From the NCBI GenBank assembly GCA_052386995.1, contig JBQTJP010000288.1, positions 1 to 31,539 on the forward strand: a DNA stretch of 31,539 nt, given 5' to 3'. The stretch comes from Armatimonadota bacterium. Lineage in GTDB: Bacteria > Sysuimicrobiota > Sysuimicrobiia > Sysuimicrobiales > Humicultoraceae. The notes below the pieces were generated by a model. That model was not told where the DNA came from. It searched no databases and saw only the letters and a program-made list of their open reading frames with translations. A program made the position numbers and the translations under genes. Positions 1 to 8,938 of the stretch are shown here, piece after piece. How positions within the stretch are numbered: the stretch's first letter is position 1; every line of letters begins with the position of its first letter.

Positions 1-556
1 CGCGCACGGCGCCGAGCGTGAGACCGACGAGCTCGCCGACGCGCATCCCGCCCGCGTACAGCACTTCGAGAATCGCGCGGTCCCGCAACGGGCCCTCCCC
101 AGCGCCGGGCGGCGCAGCGAGCAGTGCCGCCACCGCTTCGTGCGTCAACGCCTGCGGCAGCCGCCGGGGACGCCGCGGAGCGGAAATCACCCGCAGCGGG
201 CTCGACCCGACCCGACCCTCACGGCGCAGAAACCGGTAGAACGACCGCAGCGCCGCCAGACGCCGCGCAATCGACGCGCGCGCGTATCGACGGTGCAGCG
301 CGGCCAGGTAGCGCCGCGCCAGCGCGGTGGTGACACCTTCCCAGGCGGCAATGCCTTCGTGACGGAGGAAACGCCGGAAGTCGTCGAGGTCGCGCCGGTA
401 GGCCGCCCGCGTATGGACGGAGGCGTTCTGTTCGGCCTCAAGCGCATCGAGAAACGCTTCGGTGTCGCGATCGGCGCCGGACCCGCTCTGCGGGTGCCCC
501 CCGCTTCGGGGCGAACTCCCCGCAACGGCGGCTGCGCGCGCGCGACCGCGATTCAC
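1..556 (-). CDS. xerC: Tyrosine recombinase XerC/XerD, N-terminal part (runs off the left edge of the window)
   Basis: Not in the ORF track because the stop is outside the window. Manual minus-strand translation gives AFLDALEAEQNASVHTRAAYRRDL...SIARRLAALRSFYRFL...RRLPQAL...LRDRAILEVLYAGGMRVGELVGL (SAM-like domain plus box I Arg). GTG at 556 overlaps the topA stop (GTGA). XerC rather than XerD is inferred from its position after topA. Confidence 0.88.
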   Translation of the reverse strand, partial: MNRGRARAAAVAGSSPRSGGHPQSGSGADRDTEAFLDALEAEQNASVHTRAAYRRDLDDFRRFLRHEGIAAWEGVTTALARRYLAALHRRYARASIARRLAALRSFYRFLRREGRVGSSPLRVISAPRRPRRLPQALTHEAVAALLAAPPGAGEGPLRDRAILEVLYAGGMRVGELVGLTLGAVR

Positions 557-2697
557 GCGGGACGCTGGATCGCAGGCTCCGCCGGATGCATTTCACCCAT
601 CCGCTCGCGGTGGCCGCAGGTGGCATTAGTGCAGCGGAGCTCATCGCCGCGCCGCGAGCGCTTGATGACTATGAGGCTGTTGCACTGCGGGCACGGCCGG
701 TCGCTGGGGCGATCCCACGACGTGAACGTGCACGCGGGGTACGCGCTGCACCCATAGAAGGTCCTGCCTCGCTTGCTGCGGCGTGCGACGATATCCGACC
801 CGCAGAGCGGGCAGTTCACGCCGATCCCCACCGGGCGGGTATAGCGGCATTCGGGGAATCCGGTACACGCGATGAACTCCCCGAACCGCCCGTGTTTGCG
901 CACCAGCGGCCGTCCGCACTGCGGGCAGGGCTCGCCGATCTCGACCTCGGGAAACTCGACGACGGGAATCTTCGCCTCTGCCTCCTGGAGCGTCTGCGCA
1001 AACGGTCCGTAGAACTTGCGGATGAGCTGCTGCCAGTCGGCCTGGCCCTCCTCGATGCGGTCGAGATCGCCTTCCAGGCCGGCCGTGAAATCGATGTCGA
1101 CGATGTCCGGGAAATGCTCGACGAGCAGATCGGTCACCAACCGCCCGATGTCGGTCGGGTGCAGCCGCCGGTCGCCCGAGGTCACGTACCCGCGCTTCTT
1201 GATGGTCTCGATGATCGGCGCGTACGTGCTGGGCCGCCCGATGCCCTTCTCTTCCAGAGCGCGCACCAGCGTCGCCTCGGAAAAGCGCGGCGGCGGCTGA
1301 GTGAAGTGCTGCTCGGGATCGACGTGTGAAAGCTTCAAGGGATCGCCGGCCGCCAGCGGGGGCAGCCAGGTCTCTTTAGCATCGTCACCGTTGTCCGCCC
1401 GCTCACGGTACAGGATCAGGAAGCCCGGGAACTTGATCCGGCTGCCGGTAGCACGGAACAGGTACTTTCCGCCGGTAATGTCCACGGAGAGCGTGTCGAG
1501 CACGGCGGCGGCCATCTGGCTAGCCAGGAAACGTTCCCAAATCAGCCGGTAGAGCCGCATCTGATCCGACCGCAGATAGCGTTTCAGGCGGTCGGGCGTA
1601 CGCGTCAGGCCGGTCGGCCGGATCGCTTCGTGGGCGCCCTGGGCCCCGGCGCGAGAGCGGTACTGCCGCGGTTCGTCGGGCAGATATGTCTTGCCGAACG
1701 CGCGCGTGATGTACGCGCGTGCCTCCTGCTGGGCGGCCGGACCGACGCGCACGGAGTCGGTGCGCATATAGGTAATCAGGCCGGCGGTGCCCTCGTCCCC
1801 CAGGTCCAGCCCTTCATACAGCTGCTGCGCCACGGCCATCGTGCGCGATGCCGAGTACCCGAGCCGGCGGTTCGCCTCCTGCTGGAGTGACGATGTGGTA
1901 AACGGCGGCGCGGGATTACGCGCCTGATCGCGCCGACGCACTTCGGCGACCGCGTACTTCTGCGTCGACAGATCATCCGCGATCGCGCGCGCGTCGGCCT
2001 CGCTCGTGATGACGACCGCGCCCTCATCACCGGGGCTCCCAAACCGCTCGCCATTCCGCGCGACCAGCCGCGCGGCAAAGGCCTTGCGGGCCTTCGTCGC
2101 AAACTGCCCGGCGATCGTCCAGTATTCAGTGGGAACAAAGGCCTCGACCTCGCGCTCACGGTCGACGATCAGCCGGAGCGCCACCGACTGCACGCGTCCC
2201 GCGCTCAGACCGCCCCGGATCTTGCGCCACAGCAGCGGGCTCAGCTTGTACCCGACGAGCCGGTCGAGAACGCGCCGCGCCTGCTGCGCGTTCACCAGAT
2301 TGAGATCGATCTCGCGCGGATGCTTGAGCGCCCTCTGCACCGCTTCCTTGGTCACCTCATGAAACTCGATGCGGCGGATCGAGGGATTGACGGTGCCCAG
2401 CACCTCGGACAGGTGCCAGGAGATCGCCTCGCCCTCGCGATCGGGATCGGTGGCCATGTAGACGGTCGAAGCCTTCTTGGCCGCGTCTTTCAGTTCTTTG
2501 ATGATCGGCCCTTTGCCCTTGATGACGATATATTTCGGCGCAAAGTTGTCGTCGACATCCACGCCGAGCTTGCTCTTGGGCAAGTCTTTGACATGCCCCA
2601 TCGAGGCCTTCACCTCATAGGGCCGCTTGAGGAATTTTGAAAGCGTGCGCGCCTTCGTCGGCGACTCAACGACGACGAGGGACTTGGCAGGGCTCAC
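553..2697 (-). CDS. topA: DNA topoisomerase I (type IA) with C-terminal Zn ribbons
   Basis: LVVVESPTKA, ATDPDREGEAI, SAGRVQS, ITYMRTDS and C-terminal CxxC repeats. Start moved to GTG 2697, which has a GGAGG RBS. Confidence 0.98.
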   Translation of the reverse strand: MSPAKSLVVVESPTKARTLSKFLKRPYEVKASMGHVKDLPKSKLGVDVDDNFAPKYIVIKGKGPIIKELKDAAKKASTVYMATDPDREGEAISWHLSEVLGTVNPSIRRIEFHEVTKEAVQRALKHPREIDLNLVNAQQARRVLDRLVGYKLSPLLWRKIRGGLSAGRVQSVALRLIVDREREVEAFVPTEYWTIAGQFATKARKAFAARLVARNGERFGSPGDEGAVVITSEADARAIADDLSTQKYAVAEVRRRDQARNPAPPFTTSSLQQEANRRLGYSASRTMAVAQQLYEGLDLGDEGTAGLITYMRTDSVRVGPAAQQEARAYITRAFGKTYLPDEPRQYRSRAGAQGAHEAIRPTGLTRTPDRLKRYLRSDQMRLYRLIWERFLASQMAAAVLDTLSVDITGGKYLFRATGSRIKFPGFLILYRERADNGDDAKETWLPPLAAGDPLKLSHVDPEQHFTQPPPRFSEATLVRALEEKGIGRPSTYAPIIETIKKRGYVTSGDRRLHPTDIGRLVTDLLVEHFPDIVDIDFTAGLEGDLDRIEEGQADWQQLIRKFYGPFAQTLQEAEAKIPVVEFPEVEIGEPCPQCGRPLVRKHGRFGEFIACTGFPECRYTRPVGIGVNCPLCGSDIVARRSKRGRTFYGCSAYPACTFTSWDRPSDRPCPQCNSLIVIKRSRRGDELRCTNATCGHRERMGEMHPAEPAIQRPA

Positions 2698-2719
2698 GTG
2701 GTCCTCCAGGTTCTCTGGT

Positions 2720-3883
2720 TCATGTGCCGCCATACTTGCCTCCGGGCGTACGCATCACCATCTGCCCGGGAAGCATCTGAATCAGACTCCGAACCTCGAG
2801 CACGGTCGCCAGCGCGGCCACCGTGCCGGCATCAAGGCCTGTCGATTCGACCAACTCGTCCAGGGATCGCGGCCCCTGGCCGAGCGCGTCGAGCACGCGC
2901 GTTTCGTCGTCTGCCTCTACCATGCCGGCCGCCTGCCGCGCGGGTCCCGTCGCGCCTGATCCAGCCACGCCCGCCGCCGAGCGGCTCGACAAGCCCAACT
3001 CCTCCAGGATGTCGTCGGCACCCGCGGCGATCCGCGCGCCCTGCCGCAGCAGATTGTGCGGCGCGCGGCTGTGCTCGCTGAAGACACTCCCGGGCACCGC
3101 AAACACCTCGCGACCCTGATCGAGCGCGCAGTCGACGGTGACGAGCGCGCCGCTGTCGCCAGCGCCCTCAACGACGACGACACCGCGACTCATTCCACTG
3201 ATGATACGGTTGCGCCGCGGAAAATGGCTCGCCAGCGGCGGCGTCCCCGGTGGCAGCTCGGTCACCACCGCCCCGCTCTCCGCGATTGCCTCCGCGAGGC
3301 CCCGATGCTCGGGCGGATACACGCAGTCACCGCCAGACCCTAACACCGCGATCGTCTGTCCTCCTCCATCAAGCGCTCCTTGATGCGCCGCGGCATCGAT
3401 CCCGCGGGCCAATCCACTCGTGACGGAGACGCCCGCGAGCGCGAGGTCAAACGCCAGCCGGCCTGCCGCCGCCAGACCGTACGGGGTCGCCCGCCGCGAA
3501 CCGACGATTGCCACCGCCGGCGGGACGGCCTGCGGGCCCGGCAGCGTTCCGCGCACGAACAGGACCGGCGGGGGATCCGCAATTGCCCGGAGCAGCGCGG
3601 GATACGCCGGATCGCTTTGTGCGACCACGGCCATACCGCGCGCACAGGCTTTCCCCACGACGGCAGCGGGATTCAACCGGCGCCAGGCGGTCAGGACCTC
3701 GTCGTAGTTTCTCCCCGCTTGGAGGAAGACGGGCAACTGGCCCCAGACCGCCTCGGCCGAACCCGCGCGTTCGAACCACCGCTTGATCGTGCGGGCCCCC
3801 ACACCTGGCAGGAGGCTCAGCCCCACCCACGCGACAACCTCGGCATCCGGCGGCCTGAGGCGTTCAGGCTTGAGGGGGTCCAA
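2720..3883 (-). CDS. dprA: DNA-processing protein DprA/Smf
   Basis: AIVGSRRATPYG, SGLARGIDAAAH, FPRRNRIISG, GREVFAVPG and a C-terminal winged helix. The TTG start is approximate. Confidence 0.96.
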   Translation of the reverse strand: MDPLKPERLRPPDAEVVAWVGLSLLPGVGARTIKRWFERAGSAEAVWGQLPVFLQAGRNYDEVLTAWRRLNPAAVVGKACARGMAVVAQSDPAYPALLRAIADPPPVLFVRGTLPGPQAVPPAVAIVGSRRATPYGLAAAGRLAFDLALAGVSVTSGLARGIDAAAHQGALDGGGQTIAVLGSGGDCVYPPEHRGLAEAIAESGAVVTELPPGTPPLASHFPRRNRIISGMSRGVVVVEGAGDSGALVTVDCALDQGREVFAVPGSVFSEHSRAPHNLLRQGARIAAGADDILEELGLSSRSAAGVAGSGATGPARQAAGMVEADDETRVLDALGQGPRSLDELVESTGLDAGTVAALATVLEVRSLIQMLPGQMVMRTPGGKYGGT

Positions 3884-3911
3884 AGTTCATCCTATACACT
3901 AGCACAGGCTG

Positions 3912-5435
3912 TCAAGGCGGCCGCAGCGACCGGCGGTCCAGGACGCGGTATTGCAGCGCTTCGGCGATATGCCGCGGGGCCATCGCAACGGCACCGTCGA
4001 GGTCGGCGATCGCGCGCGCCACACGCAGAACGCGGTCCGTTGCGCGCGCTCCCAGGCCCAGCCGCTCGGCGGCCGCCCGGAGGAGGGCCAGTCCGTGATC
4101 GTCGATGGGTCCGACGTTGCGTGGTCCGCGCGCAGGCACAGGAGGCGGGTTGTGCAACGCACGGTGCGCAGCACGGTCGCGTGCGGCGATGACACGGGCG
4201 CGCACGACCGCCGAGGGCTCACCGGGCCCGCCGAGCAGAAGAGCGTCGGTCGGCGGCCGCGGCACCTCGACGTGCAGGTCGATGCGATCGAGCAGCGGAC
4301 CCGACAATCGCGCCAGATATCTCTGGACCTGCCCCGGCGTGCAGATACATGGGCGGCGCGGGTCGCCCCTGTACCCGCACGGGCACGGATTCATCGCGCC
4401 CACGAGCGCGAAGCGGCTGGGAAAACGCACCGCGCCATGGGCACGCGCGATGACCACCGAGCCGTCCTCGAGGGGCTGGCGCAGCACCTCGAGCACGTCC
4501 GCGCGAAACTCGGGGAGCTCGTCGAGGAACAACACGCCATGATGGGCGAGTGTGATCTCGCCCGGCCGCGGGCCGGGACCGCCGCCCACGATCGCAGAGG
4601 CGCTTGCCGTGTGGTGCGGCGCCCGGAAGGGGCGCCTGGCGACCAGACGGGTCCGCGCCGGCAGCGCGCCCGCGACGCTGTAGATCTTCGTCACCTCGAT
4701 CGACTCCGCGCGCGACAGCGGCGGGAGGATCGTGGGGAGACGCCGCGCGAGCATGGTCTTGCCCGTGCCCGGCGGCCCGATGAACAGCATGTTGAGATCG
4801 CCGGCGGCGGCAACCTCGAGGGCGCGACGAGCGGCGGCCTGGCCGCGGACATCGGCGAGATCGACAGATGCCGATGGCTCCGGGGATTCCTCGAGCACCG
4901 CGCCGGCCGACGGCCGAACCGGCCGCTCCCCCCTGAGATGTTCGATCGCGGCCCGCAACGATGGCAGCGCATACACCGGGACCTCCTCCACGACGGCGGC
5001 TTCGGCGCCGCTGGCCATGGGCACCAGGACGCCACGCGCGCCCAGCGCCGCTGCTGTCTGGGCGATGGAAAGCGCGCCAGGAATCGGCCTGAGCGCCCCA
5101 TCCAGCGCCAGCTCGCCCGCCGCGAAATAGCCGGTGACGACGTCTTGTCGCACTTGGCCCGTAGCGATCAGGATCGCCAGGGCGATCGGCAGATCGAGCG
5201 CCGGGCCTTCCTTGCGCCGATCGCCCGGTGCCAGATTCACCACCGTGCGCCGCGGCGGCATCTCAAATTGCGAGTTGCGGATCGCCGAGCGCACGCGCTC
5301 GCGTGCTTCGCAGACGGCGGCATCGGGGAGCCCGACGATCGCAAAGGACGGAAGGCCCGGGCCGACGTCGACCTCCACCGAGACGGGAAGCGCCTCGAGA
5401 CCGACGATGGAGGCGCTCTGCACGACAGCCAGCAC
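3912..5435 (-). CDS. comM: YifB/ComM Mg-chelatase-like AAA+ ATPase
   Basis: GLPDAAVCEARERVRSA, Walker A GPPGTGKT, PFRAPHH, LFLDELPEF, AMNPCPCG and LSGPLLDRID. Likely start is GTG 5435 (MLAVVQSA...) after GGGAG. Confidence 0.95.
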   Translation of the reverse strand: MLAVVQSASIVGLEALPVSVEVDVGPGLPSFAIVGLPDAAVCEARERVRSAIRNSQFEMPPRRTVVNLAPGDRRKEGPALDLPIALAILIATGQVRQDVVTGYFAAGELALDGALRPIPGALSIAQTAAALGARGVLVPMASGAEAAVVEEVPVYALPSLRAAIEHLRGERPVRPSAGAVLEESPEPSASVDLADVRGQAAARRALEVAAAGDLNMLFIGPPGTGKTMLARRLPTILPPLSRAESIEVTKIYSVAGALPARTRLVARRPFRAPHHTASASAIVGGGPGPRPGEITLAHHGVLFLDELPEFRADVLEVLRQPLEDGSVVIARAHGAVRFPSRFALVGAMNPCPCGYRGDPRRPCICTPGQVQRYLARLSGPLLDRIDLHVEVPRPPTDALLLGGPGEPSAVVRARVIAARDRAAHRALHNPPPVPARGPRNVGPIDDHGLALLRAAAERLGLGARATDRVLRVARAIADLDGAVAMAPRHIAEALQYRVLDRRSLRPP

Positions 5436-5470
5436 GTAGACTCCCACTCTGTCCATCGGAGAGACGGGGT

Positions 5471-5526
5471 AGGCTTTCAGGGAACTGGGAAAGATTGAAG
5501 AGGATTACCTAGATTCACACAGAATT
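5471..5526 (+). promoter_or_regulatory. Phased ~10-bp direct-repeat tract, candidate operator and promoter of the heme operon
   Basis: AGGCTT(5471), GGAACT(5481), AAGATT(5491), AGGATT(5501), TAGATT(5510) and AGAATT(5521) lie in an AT-enriched divergent intergenic region. Possible -35 TTGAAG at 5495-5500. Confidence 0.45.
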
Positions 5527-5542
5527 CTCCGGCGGATCGCAC

Positions 5543-6166
5543 ATGACGCGCTGGCTCTCCCTGGGTGAGGCGGCATCGCTTCTCGGCGTCGACGAAGCCA
5601 CACTGCGGCATTGGGCCGATACCGGCAAGGTCAAGACGTTCAGGACCCCTGGTGGTCACAGGCGATTTCAGGAGAGTGATCTGCGCGCCCTGATTCAGCG
5701 CGACGCTCCAAAGGTCGAAGATCTGGGACATCTGGTCGAACGCCGCAGCGCCAGGGTGTTGGCCGCGTCCCCGGCCCAGGCGCTTCACGACCGCCCGTGG
5801 TTCGTATCACTCGACGAGACGCTGCGCGCGAAGGCTCGCGATCGCGGTCGCAGGCTCCTGGCGGACGTGGTCCAGTTCGTCGCCGATCCGAGAGCCCGCA
5901 AGAGCATCAGGGCGCGGCTTGAGGATCACGGGCACGAGTACGGGCGAGAACTTCAGAGCGCCGGTCTGAGTCCCGCGGACGCGGCCGAGGCTTTCGGGCA
6001 CTTCCGGCACCTCGTCCTGGAGATGATCACCGAGCCGCGCGGCCGGGGCGGCCTGCTGGACGAGGAGCAGATTCATACGCTCGTGGATGTCAGCGATCTC
6101 CTCGACAAGGTCTTTCTGGCGATGATGCGGGCGTGGGATCAACAACACCAGGCGGCGGTGCGGTGA
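5543..6166 (+). CDS. BldC/MerR-like (excisionase-type) HTH protein with an all-helical His-rich C-terminal domain; putative heme operon regulator
   Basis: N-terminus WLSLGEAASLLGVDEATLRHWADTGKVKTFRTPGGHRRF matches the BldC/HTH_17 pattern. The stop overlaps the hemC start. The regulatory role is inferred. Confidence 0.85.
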   Translation: MTRWLSLGEAASLLGVDEATLRHWADTGKVKTFRTPGGHRRFQESDLRALIQRDAPKVEDLGHLVERRSARVLAASPAQALHDRPWFVSLDETLRAKARDRGRRLLADVVQFVADPRARKSIRARLEDHGHEYGRELQSAGLSPADAAEAFGHFRHLVLEMITEPRGRGGLLDEEQIHTLVDVSDLLDKVFLAMMRAWDQQHQAAVR

Positions 6167-7071
6167 TGTTGCGCGTGGGCACGCGCGGAAGTCCGCTGGC
6201 ACTGGCGCAAACCACGCAGGCGATTGCGGCGCTCGAGCGCCTCGGGAGACCCTGCGAGATCGTCACGATCCGCACGCATGGCGACCGCCATCCCGACAGC
6301 CCCACGAGCGCGCTCGGCGTCGGGGCGTTCGTCAAGGACATCGAGGCCGCGCTTGCCGATCGACGAATCGACCTTGCCGTGCACAGCGCGAAGGACCTCC
6401 ATAGCGAGACCACACGTGGCCTGGTGCTGGCGGCCGTCCTTGAGCGCGACGATCCACTCGACGTGCTCGTGACGCGCGACGGCGCAACGATTGCGTCGCT
6501 GCCTATCGGCGCCGTCGTGGGGACCGGCAGCCCGCGGCGGCGGGCATTCGTGCTCGCGGCGCAGCCGGATCTGATCGTGCGGGACATTCGAGGCAACGTC
6601 GACACGCGGCTGCGGAAACTCGATGCCCACGAGGTGGACGCGCTCGTGCTCGCGGCCGCGGGACTCAACCGGCTTGGGATCACCGAGCGGACGGCCCAGC
6701 GGCTGGATCCTTCGATCATGCTCCCGGCCGTGGGCCAGGGGGTCGTCGCGCTCCAGGTGCGGGCCGATGACCGCGCACTGCGCGAGCAACTGCACGCTCT
6801 CGATGACCCGGCAACGCGGGCCGCTCTCGACGGCGAGCGCGCGTTCGTTGCCGCCCTTGGGGGAAACTGCCAGACTGCGATCGCCGCGCTTGGGATCTGC
6901 GCCGACGATCGTCTGGTCCTCGAGGGTGCCGTGCTCGATCCCGATGGCACGCGCGTGGTACGTGACCGCGTGACCGGTGCCGTCGAGCGCGCCGAGGAGG
7001 TCGGACGCACGCTCGGTGGCCGGCTGCTGCGCCTGGGCGCGGGACGCCTGCTGGCGGGGGTGGCACCGTGA
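6166..7071 (+). CDS. hemC: Hydroxymethylbilane synthase (porphobilinogen deaminase)
   Basis: LRVGTRGSPLALAQ, DLAVHSAKD, VGTGSPRR, IRGNVDTRL, PAVGQG and the cofactor Cys in LGGNCQ. Start is ATG 6166 or in-frame GTG 6163. Confidence 0.97.
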   Translation: MLRVGTRGSPLALAQTTQAIAALERLGRPCEIVTIRTHGDRHPDSPTSALGVGAFVKDIEAALADRRIDLAVHSAKDLHSETTRGLVLAAVLERDDPLDVLVTRDGATIASLPIGAVVGTGSPRRRAFVLAAQPDLIVRDIRGNVDTRLRKLDAHEVDALVLAAAGLNRLGITERTAQRLDPSIMLPAVGQGVVALQVRADDRALREQLHALDDPATRAALDGERAFVAALGGNCQTAIAALGICADDRLVLEGAVLDPDGTRVVRDRVTGAVERAEEVGRTLGGRLLRLGAGRLLAGVAP

Positions 7072-7946
7072 CCGCCAGGCGGAGGTCCGCGTCGCGACGG
7101 GCGCCTGCAGGCGTAAGGGCGGCGCGGCCCCGCGCCGCGCGCGAGCGTAGACGGCCCCTTGCGGGCAGACGCATCCTGGTGACACGGCCGCGCGCACAGA
7201 ACCGCGCGCTGTGCGAAGCCCTGCGCCGATTCGGCGCCACGGCGTTGTCCGTGCCGGCGATCGGGATCATTCCACCGCCGCCCGGTGGAGCACTGGACCG
7301 CGCACTACGCGGCCTCGGGCGCTACGACTGGGTGGTGCTGACCAGCGCGAACGGCGCGCGCGCCTGCCTGGCGCGTGCCCGGGCACTGCGCATCGATCTT
7401 CGTGCCTTCGGGCGTGTGCGGTGGGCCGCGATCGGACCGGCGACAGCGTCGGTGTTGCGCGCGGGAGGTATCAGGGTCGCCATGATGCCCTCACGGTTTC
7501 TGACCGCCGCCATCGCACGCGAGCTCCCCGTCGTGCCCGGCCGCAGGGTCTTGCTGGCACGCACCGACGCGGCCGCGCAGCCACGTGCGGGCGCGGCGCT
7601 CGCCGACGCTCTGCGCGCGCGTGGCGCAGTGGTGGACCAGGTCGCGGCGTACCGTACCGTCCTCGCGCCGCGGCCGATGCCCGCGCGCCTCAGGCGGCTC
7701 ATCGACGCGCGCGCGGTTGATACCGTGCTGTTCACGAGCGCGTCGACGGTTCGAGGGTTGGTGCGGATGCTTGGAGACCGGCGAGGACCGCTGCACACGA
7801 TGACGATCGCGTGCATCGGCCCGGTCTGCGCGGCGGCGGCCGAGCGAGAAGGACTGCGACCTCAGATCGTTGCGAACGAGCACACCACGGCCGGGTTGAT
7901 CAAGGCGCTGCTTGGGGCGCCATCGAGAGGAGCCCACGATGGCTAG
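7068..7946 (+). CDS. hemD: Uroporphyrinogen-III synthase
   Basis: PLAGRRILVTRP, DWVVLTSANG, AIGPAT, AYRT, LFTSASTV and ACIGP. GTGA overlap with hemC; Arg-rich N-terminal extension of about 30 aa. Confidence 0.93.
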   Translation: MTARRRSASRRAPAGVRAARPRAARERRRPLAGRRILVTRPRAQNRALCEALRRFGATALSVPAIGIIPPPPGGALDRALRGLGRYDWVVLTSANGARACLARARALRIDLRAFGRVRWAAIGPATASVLRAGGIRVAMMPSRFLTAAIARELPVVPGRRVLLARTDAAAQPRAGAALADALRARGAVVDQVAAYRTVLAPRPMPARLRRLIDARAVDTVLFTSASTVRGLVRMLGDRRGPLHTMTIACIGPVCAAAAEREGLRPQIVANEHTTAGLIKALLGAPSRGAHDG

Positions 7947-8937
7947 AGTCGCGCTGCGCGAGAGATTGCTCAGACGTCCACGACGACTGCGCACATCCAC
8001 TGCGCTGAGGAATCTTGTCCGAGAGACCCGCCTGGATCCCAAGAGCTTCATCGCGCCTCTCTTCGTACGGGACGGACGCGCGGTACGTGAGCCCATTCCG
8101 ACGCTACCGGGCCAGTTCCGGTTCTCGGTCGACGAACTGGCTCGCGAAGTCGACCGGATGCAGGAGTTGGGCATCGGTGGCGTCATCCTGTTCGGGGTCC
8201 CGGGCGCCAAGCATCCAGACGCGCGCGAGGCGTACGCCGACGATGGCATCGTGCAAGAAGCGTTACGGTTGGTGACCGGCCGGCATCGTACGCTCGTGGT
8301 CATGACGGACGTGTGCCTGTGCGCGTACACCGACCACGGCCACTGCGGTGTCGTGAGTGACGGCCGCATCGACAACGACGCCACCCTGGAGCTGCTCGCC
8401 CGCACCGCCGCCTCGCACGCCGCGGCCGGCGCCGATGTGGTGGCGCCGAGCGCGATGATGGACGGACAGGTCGCCGCCATCAGGGAGGCCCTGGATGCCG
8501 CCGGGTATGCCGACGCGGCCATCATGGGATACTCGGCCAAATATGCGTCCGGCTTCTACGGGCCGTTCCGCGACGCCTCGGGGTCGGCGCCGCAGTTCGG
8601 CGATCGGCGGACGTACCAGATGGACCCCCCGAACCTGCGCGAGGCCTTGCGTGAGATCACTCTCGACGCCGAGGAAGGCGCGGACATCGTGATGGTCAAG
8701 CCGGCCCTCACGTACCTGGACGTCATCAGCGCGGCGCGCGAGGCGATCACGCTGCCGCTGGCGGCCTACTGGGTCAGCGGCGAGTACGCCATGCTCAAAG
8801 CCGCGGCGGCAGCGGGATGGCTGGACGAGCAGCGCGCAACACTCGAGGTGCTCACCGCGATCAGGCGCGCGGGCGCCGATCTCATCATCACCTACGCCGC
8901 CGCGGACGCCGCGCGGTGGCTCGCCGGACGGACATAG
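7939..8937 (+). CDS. hemB: Porphobilinogen synthase (Zn-type ALA dehydratase)
   Basis: RPRRLR, DVCLCAYTDHGHCG (three Zn-binding Cys), APSAMMDG, YSAKYAS, YQMDP and MVKP. ATG 7939 has a GAGGAG RBS. Confidence 0.98.
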   Translation: MARVALRERLLRRPRRLRTSTALRNLVRETRLDPKSFIAPLFVRDGRAVREPIPTLPGQFRFSVDELAREVDRMQELGIGGVILFGVPGAKHPDAREAYADDGIVQEALRLVTGRHRTLVVMTDVCLCAYTDHGHCGVVSDGRIDNDATLELLARTAASHAAAGADVVAPSAMMDGQVAAIREALDAAGYADAAIMGYSAKYASGFYGPFRDASGSAPQFGDRRTYQMDPPNLREALREITLDAEEGADIVMVKPALTYLDVISAAREAITLPLAAYWVSGEYAMLKAAAAAGWLDEQRATLEVLTAIRRAGADLIITYAAADAARWLAGRT

Positions 8938-8938
8938 T

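Noticed and set aside
3889..3915. dprA promoter TTGACA-N15-TAGGAT
   Set aside because: The 15-bp spacer is atypical and the TTGACA includes the comM stop codon; too weak to call.
3912..5435. True magnesium chelatase supplying the missing chelatase step of the hem operon
   Set aside because: Motifs and dprA linkage identify it as YifB/ComM, a DNA-recombination AAA+ protein.
3951..5498. 515-aa plus-strand ORF, and similar long antisense ORFs such as 24263-26044 and 19838-20956
   Set aside because: They mirror well-supported minus-strand genes and have Arg/Ala-rich shadow composition.
5543..6166. Phage/ICE excisionase paired with the tyrosine recombinase at 1-556
   Set aside because: The recombinase is in the housekeeping topA-xerC context, no att sites or phage genes are visible, and the HTH gene is coupled to hemC.
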